Under the pieces are notes generated by a model. That model was not told the origin of the DNA. It made no database searches and saw nothing but the letters and a program-made list of their open reading frames with translations. Below, one piece after another: positions 41,724-52,742 of a stretch of 64,000 bases of DNA. Both the position numbers and the translations under genes were made by a program. Numbering within the stretch: position 1 is the stretch's first letter; every line of letters begins with the position of its first letter. The stretch comes from an uncultured Actinomycetota bacterium (GTDB lineage: Bacteria; Actinomycetota; Actinomycetes; JAHEKZ01), in NCBI GenBank assembly GCA_963743915.1, contig CAVURN010000003.1, forward strand, positions 96,001 through 160,000, written 5' to 3'.

Positions 41724-44211
41724 TCAGACGCCGACGCGCGCCGGCTCGTCCGGCTCGATGTCCTCGATCTCGGACGCGCCGGCCTCGATGTCCTCGTCGG
41801 ACTCGACGGAGACGTGCGGCAGCACCCGGTCCAGCCAGCCCGGCAGCCACCAGTTCGCCTTGCCCAGGATGGCCATCAGCGACGGCACCAGCACGAGACG
41901 CACGACGAACGCGTCCAGCAGCACCGCCGTCGACAGCGCGACTCCGAACAGCTTGATGATCGGGTCGTTGCCCAGGACGAACGCACCGAAGACGCTGGTC
42001 ATGATGGCGGCGGCGATCGCGACGACGCGTCCGGAGCCGGCCAGACCACGGCGGACCGCCTTGCGGTTGTCGCCGGTGTGCAGCCACTCCTCGTGCATCC
42101 GGCTGACCAGGAACACCTGGTAGTCGCAGGACAGCCCGAAGAGGATCGCGAACACCATGATCGGCAGGAACGGGAAGATCGGGCCGGTCGCCTGCAGGTT
42201 GATCAGGTCGCCGAACCAGCCCCACTGGAAGACCGCGACGGTGATGCCCATCGCCGCCGCCAGCGACAGCAGGCTCGACAGCGCCCCGGTCGCCGCCACC
42301 GTCACCGAGCGGAACAGCACCACGAGGGCCAGGAAGCCCAGGCCGACGACGATCAGCAGGAACCACGGCAGTGCGTCGGTCAGCACCTTGGTGAAGTCCA
42401 CCGTCACCGCCTGGAAGCCACCGACGTACGCCTGCGCACCGGTGTCGGCCTCGACGCGCCGGGATGATGTCGTCGCGGACGTGGAAGAGCAGATCCGTGG
42501 TCGCCTCGTCCTGCGGCGCGGTCGTCGGGTACAGCTGGATCGGCACGACGGTGGCGTCCTCGGCCACCGGCGGTGCCGCCGCGAGCGCCACACCCGGGTC
42601 GGCCATCAGCGCGTCGGTGAGCTGAGTCGACCGCGTCCTGGTTGCCTGCTTCGGGCAGCTCCACGGCGATGTAGAACGGTCCGTTGACGCCGGGGCCGAA
42701 TCCCTCGGCGGTCAGGTCGTAGGCGATGCGCGGCGGCGTGCCCGGCGCCGTGCCGCCGTCGTCGGAGAAGCCCAGGCGCAGCGACAGCATCGGGATGGCG
42801 ATCACCAGCATCACGATCAGCGCGATGCTGCCCAGCAGCCACGGACGCCCCTGCAGCCAGTTGCCGTAGCGCGCGAAGGCGCTCGGGTGGTGCAGCTCCG
42901 GAGCCTTGCCGCCCTTCACGAACCGGCGGTACAGCCAGCCGACGATGGTCACCGGCAGGACGAGCACCCAGCCGAGGTAGCGGAAGACGCGCCCGATCAC
43001 GTGCGGGACGCCGCTCAGGCGCTGACGCGGCACCGCCTCGCCGTCGGTGATCCACGCCATGCGTCCGGCGAAGGCCCAGGTGCCGAGCAGCGAGAGCACG
43101 GCCGGCAGGAGCAGCAGCGCGCCCGACCATCACCATGAACACGGTGGCTGCGGACGCGACCGCGATGCCGTTGAAGAAGTTGATCCGCATCACGAACAGG
43201 CCGAGCAGCGCGATGATCACCGTGGCTGCGGCGAACTGCACCGCGCGTCCGGACGTGCGGACGGACTCCAGCGCCGCCGCGCGCGGCTCGCGTCCGTGGA
43301 TGATCGCTTCGCGATAGCGGTTGATGACGAACAGCGAGTAGTCGATGCCGACACCGAGACCGATCATCGACGCCAGGATCGGCGCGAACAGGGCGACGTC
43401 GAGCTGGGCGGCGACCAGCGGCAGGACGAAACCGGTGCTGATCGCGACGGACACGGCCGCGGAGACGATCGGCAGCAGGGCCCCGGCCAGCGCACCGAAG
43501 GCGAAGAGCAGGATGACGAGCGCGACCGCGACACCGATGCTCTCCGACGACGGCTCCTCGCCCGAGACGAACGCGAAGACGCCGTTGGCGCCGACCTGCA
43601 GGCCGTCCTGACCGTTCTGCGCCTCGATGTGCTCGAGCGAGTCGAGAATGAGCTCGCTGTCGAGGTCGTCGAAGGTCTCGCCCTCGAAGGTGACCGTCGC
43701 GTAGGCGACATGGCCGTCGGGACTGACGCCGGCGGGGCCGAAGTGCGCCATGGCGCCCTGCGCGGCCTCCGACGGCTCCTCGGCGGGCTGCTCCTCCGCG
43801 GGAGGCTGTCCTCCCTGGTCGCCCTCGCCTGCGGTCGGCTGCTGCTCGGGGCAGTCGGTGCCGAGCGGGTCGCCGTAGGGACGCCACCACGCACAGGACG
43901 CCCTCGGACTTGGAGACCTCCGTCATCACCGCCGTCATCGGCTGCTGCACCGCGTCGTCGGTGACGGGGACGCTCTCGTCGTCCGGGCTCCAGACGATCT
44001 GGCCCTCCAGACCCGAGCCGGTGCCGGCCGAGCCGGACAGCTCGCTCAGCAGCTCCTGCGCGGTGGTCGACTCGGTGTCAGGCAGCTCGAAGTCGTCGTT
44101 GTACTCGCCGCCGAACTGGATGCTGAGGACGATGATCGCCGCCATCAGCGCGATCCAGGTGACCAGGGCCCACCATGGCTGGCGGACGGCCCATTGCGAG
44201 ATTCGGCCCAT
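41724..44211 (-). CDS. MMPL-family transporter (multiple frameshifts)
   Basis: GLGVGIDYSLF, GFGPGVNGP, FAILFGLSCDYQVFLVSR, LLDAFVVRLVLVP, NWWLPGWLDR. Confidence 0.9.
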
Positions 44212-44380
44212 GGAAGTGGCACTCCCCGAGGTGGTGGTGGTGGTGCGAACTGGCAGGTCGCGGTGACCAGTAGACCAGAAGTGCCGCTGAGCCCACCAGG
44301 GGTTTTTGATCTAGGTCGCGAGGAGCCCGGCTCCTGAGGCAGGCCGCCGCGAGATTCGGCCGATCCGCTAGGTTCGCGGG

Positions 44381-44473
44381 GTGGTCTACTACATCGGCGG
44401 CATCGCCATCGGCCTGGTTCTTCTCGTCGTGCTGATCATGGTCGGGGTCAAGGGGATGAAAGGCCGCCGTTAG
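44381..44473 (+). CDS. Leaderless 30-aa single-TM small protein
   Basis: TAGGTT -10 six bp before GTG; MVYYIGGIAIGLVLLVVLIMVGVKGMKGRR*. Confidence 0.6.
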   Translation: MVYYIGGIAIGLVLLVVLIMVGVKGMKGRR

Positions 44474-44516
44474 GCGGCCAGACGCGTCGACAACCGAACC
44501 CCGCGGGGAGGGCTCC

Positions 44517-44723
44517 ATGCACCGGACTCGTTGGATCCTGGGCGCTGTCCTGCTCGCCGCCACCGCCGCAGCCGTGGCGCTGGCGCTGTCAGAGCTCCGC
44601 GAGAAGAAGCGTCAGGCCGACGTGGCCGTCCACGACATCGAGGCGCAGCTGGACGCCCTGGACCCGGTGACGCGGGCCGCCGTCATGGCCAGAGTGGGAG
44701 CGGACGCCGCACGCCGCCAGTGA
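44517..44723 (+). CDS. Small membrane-anchored hypothetical protein
   Basis: GGAGG RBS; N-terminal TM, then IEAQLDALDPVTRAAV. Confidence 0.7.
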   Translation: MHRTRWILGAVLLAATAAAVALALSELREKKRQADVAVHDIEAQLDALDPVTRAAVMARVGADAARRQ

Positions 44724-44758
44724 CGATCGGCGCCGCCCACGGGCCAGGTTCGGCGCCC

Positions 44759-45259
44759 TCAGCCGTTCTGCGCCTTGATCTCCTTCTCGATCTCCTTGAA
44801 GGACGCGTCGACCTCACGCTTGGTCTCGCGGAGTGCGTGAAGCTCAGCCTTTTCGATGGCCTCGGAGATGGTCAGGTCACCGATCACCACGAGGGCGGCC
44901 TCGCCGGAGTCGATCAGCTCGCCGAGCTCCTTGACGTCGCTGCGCGACATGCCCTTCCAGAGGTGCCCACCGATGCCTCCGACCGCGCCACCGACGACGG
45001 CGGCACCGAGGATCGACGGCGGGAAGAGGATCCCGAGAACCGCGCCCACGCCCGCGCCGGCCCAGCCACCGGTGCGCGTGGCTGTCTCGTCCTTGGCCAC
45101 GTGCACCTTGCCCTTGTCGTCCTTGGTGACGACCGCGGCGTCGAAGCTGCCGACGGCGTCGACCATGTGCAGCGCCTTCACCACGTCGTAGTCAGCCTGC
45201 GCGGACGCCTCGTCGGCGTACACCGCGAGGTACAGGAACGTGCCGTCCTTCTCACTCAT
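44759..45259 (-). CDS. DUF1269-family protein
   Basis: DAAVVTKDDKGKVHV, glycine zipper, DVKELGELIDSGEAALVV. Confidence 0.85.
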   Translation of the reverse strand: MSEKDGTFLYLAVYADEASAQADYDVVKALHMVDAVGSFDAAVVTKDDKGKVHVAKDETATRTGGWAGAGVGAVLGILFPPSILGAAVVGGAVGGIGGHLWKGMSRSDVKELGELIDSGEAALVVIGDLTISEAIEKAELHALRETKREVDASFKEIEKEIKAQNG

Positions 45260-45315
45260 CTGACTTCCTCTCACCCAGGGATGTATGTCCTATGACCAGC
45301 AATCTTGGCACTGAT

Positions 45316-46663
45316 TCAGTTCGAGGCGTCCCGCGGGTCGACCCGGGCCGGGTTGCGAGCGCGTCGTTCCCGGATCCAGCTCCAGAGGTACTCCAAGGCC
45401 GCGGCGAGGGCTAGGACACCCACCATGGCGACGAAGGTCTGCGGCTCCTCGCGCAGGGTCTGGATGGAGAACGCGATCAGAACCACGCTGGTGGCCAGGA
45501 TCGCGCTCCAGATCACCGACGTGCGCGATGAGGTCTCCTCACGTAGACGAAGCCCAGCCACTGCGACGACCAGGAAGATCGTGAGGGCCACGACACTGCC
45601 CAACGAGGCGATAGCGGAGAGGTCGACCAGGTTCGCCAGCAGCAACACCACGACGACCGAGATGGTCAGTCCCTTGGTGCTGCCAACCCGACCTGGTCGA
45701 GCGAAGACCGGAGGAAAGCTGCCGGCATCTGCGAGCGCTTGCGTCGAACCCACTGCGCCGTAGATGTTGGCGTTCACCGAAGAGGACGTCGCCAGCAGCG
45801 CGGCGACGCGCCATCATCGCGAAGCCCGCATGCCCCAAGCACGGGACGTGCCGCTTCGGCGAGAGCAGTCTCGCCGTTCGCGATGACTTCGTCGACCGAG
45901 AGGGTGCCGAAGACACCGATCGCCACCAGCACGTACAGAAGGGTGGTGATGCCAAGCGCCAGGTACATCGCCCCGGGCAGGTCGCGGGCCGGTCTCGGGA
46001 GGTCCCCCCCGGTGTAGCTGATCACCGCGAAACCAAGGAAAGCGAAGAAGGTCAGTGCGATGCTGGACAGGATGTCGGGTGCCGGCGGATACGTCGAACG
46101 AGCCAGCAGCTCCGGCTCGACCTGGGTCATCGTGGCGACCACGAAGACCGCGAACACGGCCAGCAGGACGATGACGATGACCGACTGGACGCGATCGATG
46201 AACGAGCTGCCCAGGATGTTCACCGCCGCCACCAGCAGCACGACCGTGGTGGTCATGACCGCGCGGCCACACCGTCCGAGGTGGAGTTCTCGAAGAAGAG
46301 CGCCGTTGCGTAGCTGCCGAAGGAGACGGCCACCATCGAGGTCACGATGATGGCGGCGAAGTACAGCAGCCAGGACACGATGCCAGTGAGCCGCCCGTTC
46401 CCGAAGCCCTGGAGCAAGAAGGTGACGATACCGCCCGACGAGGGGTAGCGAGCACCCAGCTTGGCCACGACGTACCCGAGCAATGCAGCCACCACGCCAC
46501 CGAGCAGGAAGGACAGCCAGACCGCAGATCCGGCGACCGCACCCGCTTCGCCGAGCAGCGCGAAGATACCGGCACCGACCATGGCACCCACGCCCATGAA
46601 GGCGGCACCACGAACGGTCATGCCACCACGCGGCCCCTCAGAGGCAGCGTCAGACGTCAGCAC
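45316..46663 (-). CDS. APC-family amino acid permease (frameshifted)
   Basis: GAMVGAGIFAL, YPSSGG, FFAFLGF, ETALAEAA. Confidence 0.87.
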
Positions 46664-48004
46664 CTGGACGGAGACCCTCGAGCAGCAGCACCTGGGCGAC
46701 CGTCATCCGCTCGATCTCGGTGGGATCGACCGACTCGTCGGACGCGTGGATGCGCGACTTGGCCACGTCCTCCGGTCCCCAGAGGATGAACTCCGCCCCC
46801 GGCGCGACATTCCTGCAGGGTCTTGAGCAGCGGGATGGACCCCCCAGAGCCCGCTTCGACCAGGAGCCTGTCCGTAGGCGGCCTCCAAGGCGGTCCGGGC
46901 GGCTGCATATGCAGGTCCGGTGGTGTCGCACCTGAAGGGCGGTGCCTCCTTGATGCGCTCGACGGTGACCTTCGCCCCCCATGGCGCATGCGACTCGACG
47001 TGCCTGACAAGCGCATCCAGCTCTCGCGTCGGTTCAGACCCAGGCACGATGCGCATCGAGATCTTCGCCTTCACCTCGGGGATCAGGACATTGGAGGATC
47101 CGGCGATGGACGTCATGTCGAGCCCGATGGCCGACACGGAGGGCTGCGACCACAGCATGCTGCCCACCGAGCCGCTTCCCGTGCTCTCGACTCCCGGCAG
47201 CATGTCGGCCGCCGCGGCGAGATCTGCCTTCGACATGTCGAGCCCGTCCCACTCGTAACGCGAGACACCCTCGACCGCGACGTTCCCCATCTCATCGTGC
47301 AACGTGGCCAGCAGGCGCGCCATGGCCACCATGGCGTCCGGAACCGGGCCACCAAAGACGCCCGAGTGCAGTGGGTGCTCGAGCGTGCTCACGGTCACGG
47401 TGCAGGCCACGTCACCTCGCAAGCTCGTGGTGAGCGTGGGCTCCCCGACTCGCAGGTTCCCCATATCGCAGACCACGAAGAGGTCGCACCGGAAGAGATC
47501 GGGGTTGGCCTCGACGAACGCCTCCAGGTTGCTGTTCGTCTCCTCCATTCCTTCGATGATCACCTTGATGGTGCATGGAGGCGAAGAGAGCGCCCGCAGC
47601 GTCCCCAGGTGGATCGCCAGCCCGCCCTTGTCGTCGGCCGCGCCGCGTCCGTAGATGCGACCGTCTTCCTTGGTCGTCGGAACCCAGGGGTCGCTCGTCC
47701 ACCCTTGCTCGGGGGGAGCCGGTTGGACGTCGTAGTGCGCATACAGCATCACCGTCGGCGAACCTTCTGGGCCCACGATCTCGCCGTAGATGGGCGGGTA
47801 GCCCGAGGGGACCTCCATGAGCCGAGCGTTGTCCACGCCGGCCGCACGCAGCAGATCGAGAGTGGTCTGCGCCATTTGGTGCACCGGCTCGGCCGGGTAG
47901 CCCGGGAACGCGATGGATGGGATCGCGACCAAGGCGCCCAGATCGTCCAGCACCTGTGGCATCAGCTCTGCAACTCGTTGCTGTACCTGGTCCAGCTCGC
48001 TCAT
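46650..48004 (-). CDS. M20 dipeptidase (frameshift near 46860)
   Basis: YAHYDVQP, GRGAADDKG, EGMEE, HSGVFGG, GGSIP, IHASDES. Confidence 0.9.
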
Positions 48005-48026
48005 CGCAGCTCCTCCCTCGGTGGGA

Positions 48027-49365
48027 TCAGTAGAAGATCCCGGCGATCAGTGCACCGGTGATGATCGTCACTGCCGACATGATCAGCATCGGTACGAAGA
48101 ATGAGTGGTCGAGCATCTTCGTACCCAGCTTCGTGGTGCCGCTCTGGTCGAACTGCGCAGCGGCGATCTGGGTTCCGTTCGTCGGCAGAGCGTAGACACC
48201 GCCTAGGCCGCCGGCCCACAGGCCCGTGGCCATGGCCGGCGACAGCCCCGCGGCCAGACCGATCGGCACGATCGTTCTCGTCGCCGTCGATTGACTCGTC
48301 GTCAGGGCGGCCACCAGGAAGACGGCGAGAGCGAAGACGATTGTGTACTCGTTCACCCATCCGCCCACGGTCTCAACGATGTACTCCTCATGCGCCGCGA
48401 TGAAGGTCGCTGTCAACCAGGCGATTCCGAACAGGGCGATGGCTGCCACCATGCCTCCGGTGAAGACGGATGCACCGGGCACGTCGGACACCTTGGGCTT
48501 GCCGACAAGCAGGATGAGGACAGCCGCGGTGAACATGACCAGACCGATCGTCACGGTCATGTCGATCGGCACGACTTCGCCCTCCACCTTGAACGAGGGG
48601 CGGAGGTCTGGGAACAGGCCAAGCACGACGATCGCGAACACGCCGGCAAGGAACACGAGTGCCGAGTTGCGCCCCTCCTTGGTGCTGGTGAGCTCGATCT
48701 CCTCGCCCGCAGCACTCGGTGGCAGCAGCTCCCCGGAGGCGATCCGCGCCCGCACCTCGGATCGTCGTCCAGCTCCGGACCCATGCGTCCCACGATGAGC
48801 CCCGTGACGATGATTCCCACGACCACCGCCGGGATGGTGATTGACAGGATCTCGATGAGGTCGAAGTTGTACGGTGCCACCTCGGTGAGCGTCAACATTG
48901 CCGCCATCGCCGCAGAGACCGGCGATGCCGCCAACGCCATTCCCGACTGAACCACGGTGACGGTGAGGGGGCGCGAGGGGCGCACGTTGTTGCGGTAGGA
49001 CACGTCATAGATCACCGGTAGCAGTGGATACAGGATGTTGCCCGTTCCCGATCCGATGGTGAAGGCGAAAGCCGTGAGCGGGGCGATGGTCGTGATCTGT
49101 TTGGGGTGACGACGTATCACCGAGGCGGCAATCTTCACCATCCAGTCGATGCCGCCGGCCACTTGCATGAGTGCCGCCGCCGTGACCACCGTCAAGATGA
49201 TCAGCGGTGCGAGATGGGCGGCTCTCCCGGAGCCTCTCCGAAGACGAAGACCAGTACTGCGACCCCGAGGCCGCCCCAGACACCGATACCCACGCCACCG
49301 GCTCGGGTACCCATGACGATGCATCCGACGACGACAAGTGCCTCTAGAACGAATACGACGTCCAC
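48027..49365 (-). CDS. Anaerobic C4-dicarboxylate transporter, DcuA/DcuB family (frameshifted)
   Basis: MGTRAGGVGIG, GTGNILYPLLPVI, ASPVSAA, FDQSGTTK...HSFFVP. Confidence 0.88.
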
Positions 49366-49400
49366 CTACGCTCCTCCGCTCCGGTATGGGCTACTGGTGC

Positions 49401-49817
49401 TCATCCGAGGTCGCACCCCGTCTGTAGGCGCTGCTCGAGGTTGGCGTAGGCAGTAGTCACGTCCGACCAGGTGTCCTCGATGAGCGGTCGAGCCGTCGCA
49501 AGATCTCCTTCATCGAGCTCGCTGAGCGAACGGCGGAGATCGTCCAATGCGGCCTGAAGGTCGGCAGCGGCTGTCTGCAGCGTCCCGTCGGCGGCGGCGC
49601 GCAACTGCTGGGTCTCGAGAATCACCGTCTCGACCCCATCGCGAATCTCGTCGGCAGTCGCCGTTGCCGGATCGAGATCACGCAGCTGGTCGACAGAAGC
49701 CTGCAGGTCGGCTGCTTGGTCGCACAGGGACTGGTCACGCGTGTCCGCGCAACCGGTCAGGGCGGCGGCGACGAGACATGCACCAGCGGCCCGGAGAACC
49801 AGTCTGCTGCTCGGCAT
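49401..49817 (-). CDS. Helical lipoprotein, hypothetical
   Basis: Lipobox LTGC; two further Cys (SLC, TGC). Confidence 0.7.
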   Translation of the reverse strand: MPSSRLVLRAAGACLVAAALTGCADTRDQSLCDQAADLQASVDQLRDLDPATATADEIRDGVETVILETQQLRAAADGTLQTAAADLQAALDDLRRSLSELDEGDLATARPLIEDTWSDVTTAYANLEQRLQTGCDLG

Positions 49818-49921
49818 TGCTCCTCACGTCTCCTGTGTCGTGCTCACCGAGCGAATCTAGTCGGTCCCAGGCGAGCCAGTGCCACGATCGAAGGTCCCTG
49901 GCGGCACGTGTCGGATCCAGG

Positions 49922-50782
49922 TCAAGCCGTCGTGCCGTCGGTGGCTCGGCGTACCGATGCCCTGGCCGCCTCGACGGCCACTGTCCGCTGACGCTGCACA
50001 TCGGCTCCCACCTCAGCCCGTGCCGCCTCGACCAGCCCTAGCAGCGCGACGCGGAGCCCGTCCAGCGCGCCGCGGACGGTGTCCAGCCGCTGCTGTGCCG
50101 TCACGTTGGGAGCGGTGTCGCGAAGTAGGTACAGCTGTCGGTCCACGCTGCTGATCGTCGTCGACACTTGACTCCAGGCCTCGCTCATCTGGGCACTGGT
50201 CGGTGCCTCAAGGACGGAGCTGACCGGTTGTTCCACCAGCCACCGAGCCTCGGAGGTCGTGGCGTCGAAGTCGGACTGCCATGCGGCGACGCGACGACGC
50301 CTACCCAGCACCCACCAGATGACTCCACCCGCGATCGCCAGGACCAGGAGCAGCAACCACGGCCACCAGGGCGTCGACTCGGAGGGTTGGGCGGTCGGCT
50401 CTGTGGACCCGGACGGAGATGGCGCTGTCGACGGTTCGGTCGTCGTCGGCTCTGCCGTGGATTTGGTCGGCTCTGCCGTGGACTTGGTCGGCTCTGCCGT
50501 GGACTTGGTCGGCTCTGCCGTGGACTTGGTCGGCTCTGCCGTGGACTTGGTCGGCTCTGCCGTGGACTTGGTCGGCTCTGCCGTGGACTTGGTCGGCTCT
50601 GCCGTGCGCGAGGGCTCGATAGACGCGGAGGCACCCGGTCGCGAGGGGAGCTCGCTCGGTATCAGGCTGCGCGTCGGGGACCCGCTGGGTAGGTCGCCGA
50701 GATCTGGCGATTCTCCGTCGCCGCACCCGGTCAAGACGACAGCTGCCCCGATCAGGGCGATCGCGATCCGACGCACTGCCAC
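49922..50782 (-). CDS. Lipoprotein with Pro/Thr/Ser linker, TM segment and cytoplasmic helical tail
   Basis: VLTGC lipobox, (TAEPTKS)7, PWWPWLLLLV TM followed by RRRR. Confidence 0.75.
   Translation of the reverse strand: MAVRRIAIALIGAAVVLTGCGDGESPDLGDLPSGSPTRSLIPSELPSRPGASASIEPSRTAEPTKSTAEPTKSTAEPTKSTAEPTKSTAEPTKSTAEPTKSTAEPTKSTAEPTTTEPSTAPSPSGSTEPTAQPSESTPWWPWLLLLVLAIAGGVIWWVLGRRRRVAAWQSDFDATTSEARWLVEQPVSSVLEAPTSAQMSEAWSQVSTTISSVDRQLYLLRDTAPNVTAQQRLDTVRGALDGLRVALLGLVEAARAEVGADVQRQRTVAVEAARASVRRATDGTTA
50445..50606. repeat. 21-bp coding tandem repeat, 7.7 copies
   Basis: Unit GTCGGCTCTGCCGTGGACTTG, near-identical copies, no spacers. Confidence 0.95.
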
Positions 50783-50880
50783 AGGATAGCCCCGCGCCGC
50801 CGCTTCCCACTGGAGGCAGCGTCTCGCCACTAGCGTGGCATCGAGACCATGCACTGGGCCGGACAGAGAGTGGGTGGAGC

Positions 50881-52005
50881 GTGGCCGAAACGGTCGTCAC
50901 GGCCGACCCGAGCAGCGAGCGCACCCGCTCCACACGCGTGACGGGCTGGCTGCCGAGAGCGGGCGTGCTCGCTTGGAGCTTCATCGGCATCATCGTGGCT
51001 GCAGTGATCGTCACCTCTGCGTTGGCTGCGGTAAGCGAGATCGCTCTGCCCTTGACATTCGCTGCCGTATTGGCGGTCCTCTTCGAGCCGGCGGTCCGAA
51101 GACTGGTGCATCGTGGACTCCGACCGACCATTGCTTCTGGAACGGTCGTGCTGGCGCTGATCGCACTGATGGCGGGCGTGACCGTCGCCGTCGTCAACGG
51201 CGTGACTGCTCAAGCGGATCAGATCGGTGAGTCGGTGCAGGCGGCCATCGTGCGGGCGTCGGAGACCTTCAGTCTCGACACGTCCGCGCTCGAGTCGGCG
51301 CGAGCACAGTTCGAGAGTGCTGCCGCGGCCATGGGCGGCGGGTTCCTGACCCGGCTGGTCTCCGGCGTGAGCGGCGTCATCGGGTTCGCCAGCGGATGCA
51401 TCCTCGGTGCTCTGATCATGTACTACATGCTCAAGGACGGATCACGACTTCGGGGTGCACTAGTCCGCCTGTTCGACCCGGCTGCGCAACAGGATGTTGA
51501 CGACTTCGTCGGGGACGGGTGCCAGATCCTCCGCAGCTACGGGCGCGGCCGCACAGTGATGTCTGCCATCGTCTCCTTAGTCATCACGGCGATGAGTCTG
51601 ATCTTGGGACTCCCCTTGGTCTTCACTATCGCCGTCGTGAACTTCATCGGGGGGTACATCCCCTATATCGGTGCCTTCATCGGTGGTGGCTTGGCTGTGG
51701 TGATCGCCTTCGGCGAGGGTGGCTTGGCGGCGGCGGTCATCATGCTCGTCGTGGTCCTGACCGCCAATCTCCTGCTGGAGAACTTCGTCGAGCCGAAGGT
51801 CATGGGACGAACCCTCGACATCCACCCACTCGTCGTGCTGATCGTCACCGCGCTCGGCGGCCTGCTGGGCGGAATCGTCGGCCTGATCTTGGCCGTCCCG
51901 TTCACCCTGATCGCCGCCAACGCGGTCACGTATCTGCGCAGGAGCGGCGTCTTCGCACAGGTCGCGACTCGCGCAGAACCCGCCCTGGAGAAGATGCTCG
52001 ACTGA
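50881..52005 (+). CDS. AI-2E family transporter
   Basis: YYMLKDG, GGYIPYIGA, LENFVEPKVMGRTLDIHPLVVL. Confidence 0.9.
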   Translation: MAETVVTADPSSERTRSTRVTGWLPRAGVLAWSFIGIIVAAVIVTSALAAVSEIALPLTFAAVLAVLFEPAVRRLVHRGLRPTIASGTVVLALIALMAGVTVAVVNGVTAQADQIGESVQAAIVRASETFSLDTSALESARAQFESAAAAMGGGFLTRLVSGVSGVIGFASGCILGALIMYYMLKDGSRLRGALVRLFDPAAQQDVDDFVGDGCQILRSYGRGRTVMSAIVSLVITAMSLILGLPLVFTIAVVNFIGGYIPYIGAFIGGGLAVVIAFGEGGLAAAVIMLVVVLTANLLLENFVEPKVMGRTLDIHPLVVLIVTALGGLLGGIVGLILAVPFTLIAANAVTYLRRSGVFAQVATRAEPALEKMLD

Positions 52006-52055
52006 CGGAACGGGCGTTCCGTGGGATGGACCCGGCGCATACGCGGGGCCGTTTC

Positions 52056-52481
52056 TCAGCCGCGTTCGGCGAGCGCCTGCTCGAGCAGATGGCGGTCCTC
52101 TGCGCCGAGCCACAGCTCGTCGAGCGGACGCCCGCCAGCACGGCCGATGGCGTCCACCAGCCCCTGCGCCCAGAGGTGCTCGAGCAGCACGACCACCGCC
52201 ACTCCGCCTTCCGGCACCGCATCGGCCAGCGACCACGAGTCCAGTGAGTCTGCCGTCGGCGTCGTGGTGCCGTCCGCACCCAGGAGCCGCCGAGCGACGG
52301 CGCCCTTCGGCAGGCCCTCGACCTCGAGGACGTCCAGGTCGCCGGAGGGGCCCCGCTTGACCACCAGCGCGTCGACGAGCCTCGCGATCCCGGCGTCCTC
52401 GAGCCGTCGGGCCTCAGCCAGTGCGTCGCCGGAGAACCGCGGCTCGTCGTACCCCAGGACGAGCACCTGCACCGGGCCCAT
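52056..52481 (-). CDS. DUF6325/DUF1269-like protein
   Basis: MGPVQVLVLGY...FSG...LVDALVVKR...LLEHLWA. Confidence 0.78.
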   Translation of the reverse strand: MGPVQVLVLGYDEPRFSGDALAEARRLEDAGIARLVDALVVKRGPSGDLDVLEVEGLPKGAVARRLLGADGTTTPTADSLDSWSLADAVPEGGVAVVVLLEHLWAQGLVDAIGRAGGRPLDELWLGAEDRHLLEQALAERG

Positions 52482-52715
52482 CACTGTGCGATCCGGGCGC
52501 GAAGGGCCTCGTACTCGTCGTCGGTGACGGTGCCCTCGGCGTGCAGCGCATCGAGCATGGCGAGCCGCTCCTCCGCCGAGCGGAGCGGGCGCTTGCGCTG
52601 CCGGCCGCGCCGCGTGCTGCGCCGCGTACGCCTGACCGGGGGTGAGCCGACCGCCGTAGTAGGGCACGTCGCCGGTCATTCCCGACCGCATCAGCTGTCG
52701 TGGGACCAGGAGCAC
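52481..52715 (-). CDS. Small SHOCT-domain protein (frameshifted)
   Basis: ERLAMLDALHAEGTVTDDEYEAL read across frames. Confidence 0.6.
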
Positions 52716-52742
52716 TGCGCACCTCCGTCCAGGTTCGTTCCT

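Noticed and set aside
50445-50606. Possible CRISPR array
   Set aside because: Contiguous 21-bp units with no spacers, in frame within a CDS, and no cas genes.
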